From assembly GCF_038025025.1 (NCBI RefSeq), contig NW_027117339.1, positions 1,302,001 to 1,366,000 on the forward strand: 64,000 nt of DNA, read 5' to 3'. The notes beneath the pieces are model-generated. The model made no database searches. It was not told the DNA's origin and saw only the letters and a program-made list of their open reading frames with translations. The first letter of the stretch is position 1, and each line of letters starts with the position of its first letter. Positions 59,593-64,000 of this stretch are shown here, in pieces. The DNA is from Phyllosticta citribraziliensis. Its lineage: Eukaryota. Made by a program: the position numbers and the translations under genes.

Positions 59593-60936
59593 ATGCCACA
59601 CGAGCACGTCGTCGTCACCGGTGGCTGTGGCTTTCTCGGCTCCGCCATCGTTGACGCGTTTCTGGAGGCGCACCCGCAGTATCGTTACACGATCCTGGAC
59701 ATCCAGCCACCAGAGAAAGGCGCAGCAGTCAATGAGAAGGTCAATTACGCCCAGGTCGACCTTCGCGATGCCGCAGCAGTCAAAAGGGTTGTGCGCGAGA
59801 CGGCACCCACCGTCATAATTCATACGGCTGGGGTAGTTCCAGCTGGTTCGAAGCGGTACAGCAAGAGCGCGGCAGTAAGAAATGAGGTTTTTGGGGTCAA
59901 CGTGGGCGGCACGCGCAACATTCTCGACGCAGCCGGAGAGGTCGATTCTGTGAAAGCCATTGTGTACACGGGCAGCCTGACGGTAGTTGGAGACGACCTT
60001 GATACAGACTACCGCAATGTGGACGAGAGCGTGCAAATTGGGAGGGCAGAGCTGTTCTACGGGCAATCGAAAGTATTGGGTTCCTTCTCTTATGATCTTT
60101 CTTCCCAGTCTCCCCTTCGCCCTGATGCTACATCAAGTGACGAGCAGCTAATTCAGCATGAAATTCAAGGCCGCCGCCGAGCAACTCGTCCTGAATCCAG
60201 CAACTCCACACAGCTTTCTAACTTGTGCTCTCCGGCCCTCCGTCCTTTTTGGGCCCGGCGACCCCTCTCTACTGCCTCCTATTGCAGCTCTTGCACCCTC
60301 TACGTCTTCACCCTCACCATCCTCCTTGTTCTCGTCCTCCGTCTTTCAAATCCCCCTTTCAGTCGTGGCCCTGGGCCCCTGCACAAACCTCTACGACTTC
60401 ACCTACGTGACGAACGCTGCTGATGCGCACGTCCTCGCCGTCCGCAACCTGCTCCAAATCTCCAGATACGGCGACGATTCCTCTCCTTCTGCCGCCGGCC
60501 GCGCATTCTTCATCACAAACGACGCGCCGCTGCCCTTCCGCGACTTTTGCCGCGCCGTATGGGCTGAGCTCGGCCACGTGCCGCCCGCTGAGATACGCGT
60601 GCCGGCCATGGTGGCGCGGACGATGGGCCTTTGCGCCGACGCAGTGAGCGCGCTGACAGGGGCTGAATTCGCGTTGAGTGCCGGTGCCGTGAGAGATGCG
60701 CTGGGAACCAAGTATGCGAGTGGCAGGGCGGCGAGGGAAGTGTTGGGGTACAGTCCGAGGGTGGGCATGAAGGAAGGCGTGCGCCGAGCTGTTGAGGTAT
60801 GATACGACTCCGACTCCTTGCCCACTCACCCAGCCGTTTATTGCTTTGGATGATTGACCGTACACATCTGGAGCAGGACTACAAGCAGCAGACGGAGCCA
60901 CAAAGAAACAGCGAGGAAAAAGTGAAGCGTGGGTGA
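59593..60936 (+). CDS. 3-beta-hydroxysteroid dehydrogenase / C-3 sterol dehydrogenase (Erg26/NSDHL-like extended SDR)
   Basis: Exons 59593-60072, 60170-60796, 60877-60936; the intron-1 acceptor is AAG. Motifs: VVTGGCGFLG, IIHTAG, VNVGGTRN, catalytic YGQSK, TCALRPSVLFGPGD, YDFTYVTNAADAH, GRAFFITN. The C-terminal KVKRG matches the KxKxx ER-retrieval pattern. Orthology to ERG26 itself is unresolved. Confidence 0.85.
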
Positions 60937-61725
60937 GTGATTTGGCAGCAAAAATGGCAAAACAGTTCAGCCGCAGGCGAACCTGCGACCTACATCTGCC
61001 CGCAGGAGGGTAGGCGGATATAATACACCCTCCGGGTGCTCGACCTGCAGATCGAACCCCTGACCACCAGCCGACCAACCCCCCCAATCTGGCCCAGAAT
61101 CATTCCGCCAACTGGGTCATACTGCGCCTGAAGGGGCTGTCAGCTAGTGCGTTAGAGGAAGACTCGGATTTTTATTTATAAAGTAGCCTATTTTGCTGCC
61201 TGAGGTGCTTTTCGGTTTGAAGGGCGAGTTGCGGATCTGGAGGCTGTGTTGCTGCTGCGTTGTCGTCGCTGTATCGTAATGGCTGCTGTGGTGTTGATGC
61301 TGCCGTCGCCATCATCACCCATCGCGCCGCCGGCGCCACCACCTCACTTTCACCTCGCATCCCACACATCGTCTCTGCGAGTCCAAGTGGTTGGCTGTAC
61401 CAGCGAGCATACAAAATGTATACGTACTAAGACTTCGCAAACGCATACAGCAGTGTTGCCGTTGAATCTCGTCACTTTGACCTCTACGCGTCGGGCCCTA
61501 AACCCCTTCATTCCATTATTTGTCCGATTATGTGTCCCTCGACCCAGAAACCTCACACGACAAAGAAGGGTTCAAGTCCAGCCTCCCATATGCTACAGAT
61601 TACCCGCCCTGCAAAAGTGTTGCCTTCCTTTGCCACACGTGCCGTGTAAGCCCATCATCAACCCCAACCAAAGCTGACCTTGCGGTAGCTCTTCCTTGCG
61701 GCAGTTTCCGTCACGTTCCCAACCG

Positions 61726-64000
61726 CTACTCCAACACCTTGGCCAAAACCGCCTTGACATCTCCACTCCTCTCAGTTCCACTGCCAAGCTCGCGCCCTAC
61801 CATCTCCTTGACCCAAGCACCCTCATCACCTAACCACTTAGCGACTTTGACAATGGCTTCGGCGCGCTTGAGCCTCTGCGCCTCGCTGAGACCCTCGTAG
61901 CGCGGGTCGAACAAAAGCTTTTGCAGCACGTCGCGCAGCGCCGATTTGTCGATGTCGGAGGCGCCGCAGATCTCGACGAGCAGACCCAGGTTTTCAAAGA
62001 CAGCGACGTGAATAGGCGGGGAGTGGAGGGTATTGAGGCGCGCGGTCAAGGACAGAGCGCGAAGGATTGTTGGCGTAAGTTGATCCGCGGTTGGAAGGTA
62101 AGCAGGTTGGATGCTGGCTATGAGGGCGAAGATGGCCGAGGTGCTTGTTTTGTTGCGCCTATTGATGAGTAGAGGTGGTTAGTGCTCAGCGGTCTTCGCA
62201 GGGGAGGAGGATGACCTACACTTTTTCGTCTTTGCGCAAACCATCTCCGTCGTCAATATCCATCTCATCGCCGTCACCTTTTCCGGTGTACTCGTCAATG
62301 GTCGGCTCGATGATGTCCGCTACCATCCAACTCCTCTCAATGTCATCCCGTGCCCTGGCGACTCGCCCCAGCGGCTCAAAAGCGTACTGCCGGTACGTCT
62401 TGTTCTGTCGCTTTGACTCGCGAACAATAATCCTCCCAATCTCCTTTCGCACAGGCTCTTCAGGCCTCCACAATTGGCCGCTGCGCTCCACGAAGCGCGC
62501 GAACGCATTCAAGACCTCTTCTTTGCCCTCCCAGCTCTTACCATCTACGGCCTTCACCAGCGCCGGCCACACTATCTCGGCGTTTGCGCGCGTCATATCG
62601 TCCAAGGAGCTGGCGAGCGCATTGGAAGCTCCAGCGATAGCCTTCGCAGCCGCGTGCTTGAGTGCCCACTGCTGCGAGTCCAAGTACTTTTGGGCCAGCT
62701 CAACAATATCTTTGACGTAGAGTTGGACAGCCATGGAGCCACCCACATTGTCATCCCATGCGCGATTGAAGACCTCGGCCACGGGAGCAGCTGTATCGTG
62801 TTTTGCAACAAAGATGAACGGAAGCAACTCTGTGGAGAACGAGTTGAACTTGTCGGACGCATGTTTGGAGAAGGCAACAATGATGTCACCAGCTTCAACA
62901 CGGTGTCGTTCGCTGTCCGACTCAAAGTACATGCGCTTGGTGAAGGCGATTAAGGACATCAGTGCTTTGTCCGAAGCCAGGCGTGCGAGGTATCCTACGG
63001 CGGCGGCGTACGCAGCGGACACAGTCTCATTGCGGTCGTGAATGAACTTCTCAAGAAGCTTGAGGAAGTGATCGGCGTACGGTTTGAACAAAAAGCTCCG
63101 GCGAGTCGTCAAGGAGACGAGTACTCGGCTGGCGCCGACCTTCGAGGGAAGGCTCATGGCAGTCTTGATGGCGCTTTCGAGCCGTGGTTTCAAAGCCTCC
63201 ATGGACTCGGGGTCGAGATGATCGATGCAAGATTCGATGGCCTCCATGACTGGGGATTTCCTGATACCGCCAAGGCGTGCGTCGTCAATCTGTTGTTCTG
63301 TAAGCCCGTACTCCTTCGCCTTCATGTGCAGCATGTTGATCGATTCATGTTCCGTGTCGCTGAGGAAGGAGATGAGGCGCTCCACGAGTTCCGGAATGTA
63401 CTGGTTTAGAATCTTTGCACTGCTCTTCTTGATGATCTCCAGTAAAGTGTGCATGGCAAATGCTTGAGCCTCCTTCACACTTGATCCGATTCCAGAATTG
63501 GACATCAGAAAAGGGAGGACATGTGCGAGCATTTTATTAGCCTTTTTGGACGAACCGTCGCCAGATTCTAGGCTACGGGTCAAGATGCCAACCAAGACAC
63601 GAGCAAGACCAGCGGCGGCTTTCCGGACAGAGTCTTTGATGTCGTCCAGTACTTTGAAGCACGCAGTCCAGATGTCGCCCAGATATTTCTCGTACTAGAT
63701 TGAACCAGTCAGCAGGACAAATACTATGGGAGGAGGGATTTTCACCTTTTCGATTTCTCTGCCCTGGACGAGATCAGCTATCGCGGCACACGAAGCTTCT
63801 CTAGCACGCCACTCTCTGCCTAGAATGTTCTGCAACAGATCTTGCATGATGGCGTCAAAGTGTTGGTTCAGGGTGGCATTGGAGTCCTTGACAAGTGCAT
63901 CCCAAATGTCTTTCATAGAGCGTTGGACATTGGTATTCGGATCAAAGCTGATTTTGTCAGCTCCCTGTCATATCACCTCTCAATAGGGCGCTTACCGATA
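61726..64000 (-). CDS. ECM29: Proteasome adapter/scaffold Ecm29 (HEAT repeats), 3' part; continues beyond the right edge
   Basis: Exons 64000-63996 (partial), 63947-63746, 63694-62220, 62158-61726. Motifs: YR|FDPNTNVQRSMKDIW..LV, EWRAREASCAAIADL, FKVLDDIKDSVR, FIFVAKHD. Confidence 0.9.

Noticed and set aside
1..64000. tRNA, rRNA, CRISPR arrays, intact transposons or RIP-degraded AT-rich blocks
   Set aside because: None seen by eye. tRNAscan-SE and a repeat-library search would be needed to exclude them formally.

Overview
Eukaryotic, intron-containing, fairly GC-rich DNA from a filamentous ascomycete (Pezizomycotina; a Dothideomycete is my guess from gene style, not shown). It has short GT-AG introns with CTRAC/CTAAT branch points. 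I reconstructed about 21 protein-coding genes by hand. Most are conserved housekeeping genes: REG1, an ELMO/CED-12 protein, RPE1, a methyltransferase-domain protein, LSM2, NPP1, EMC2, EAF1/VID21, MAK11, an AVT3-like transporter, VHC1, ATP11, ERG12, NAT9, an ERG26-like dehydrogenase and a partial ECM29. There are also several small genes I cannot assign to a known family. I found no tRNA, rRNA, CRISPR array or intact transposon. The main leads are: (1) RPE1 ends in a leaky-type TGA-CT stop followed by an in-frame extension ending KPRGRL*, a probable cryptic peroxisomal isoform made by readthrough; (2) a 4-exon orphan gene, split across ORF-track fragments, ends in a 17-aa tandem duplication with two PCNA PIP-box motifs; (3) a ~300-nt hairpin-rich, T-run-terminated element between MAK11 and AVT3 that may be an ncRNA; (4) GC-AG introns in both ERG12 and its neighbour NAT9; (5) a CFEM-like GPI protein missing exactly one disulfide pair. 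All gene identities come from motif recognition without database searches.
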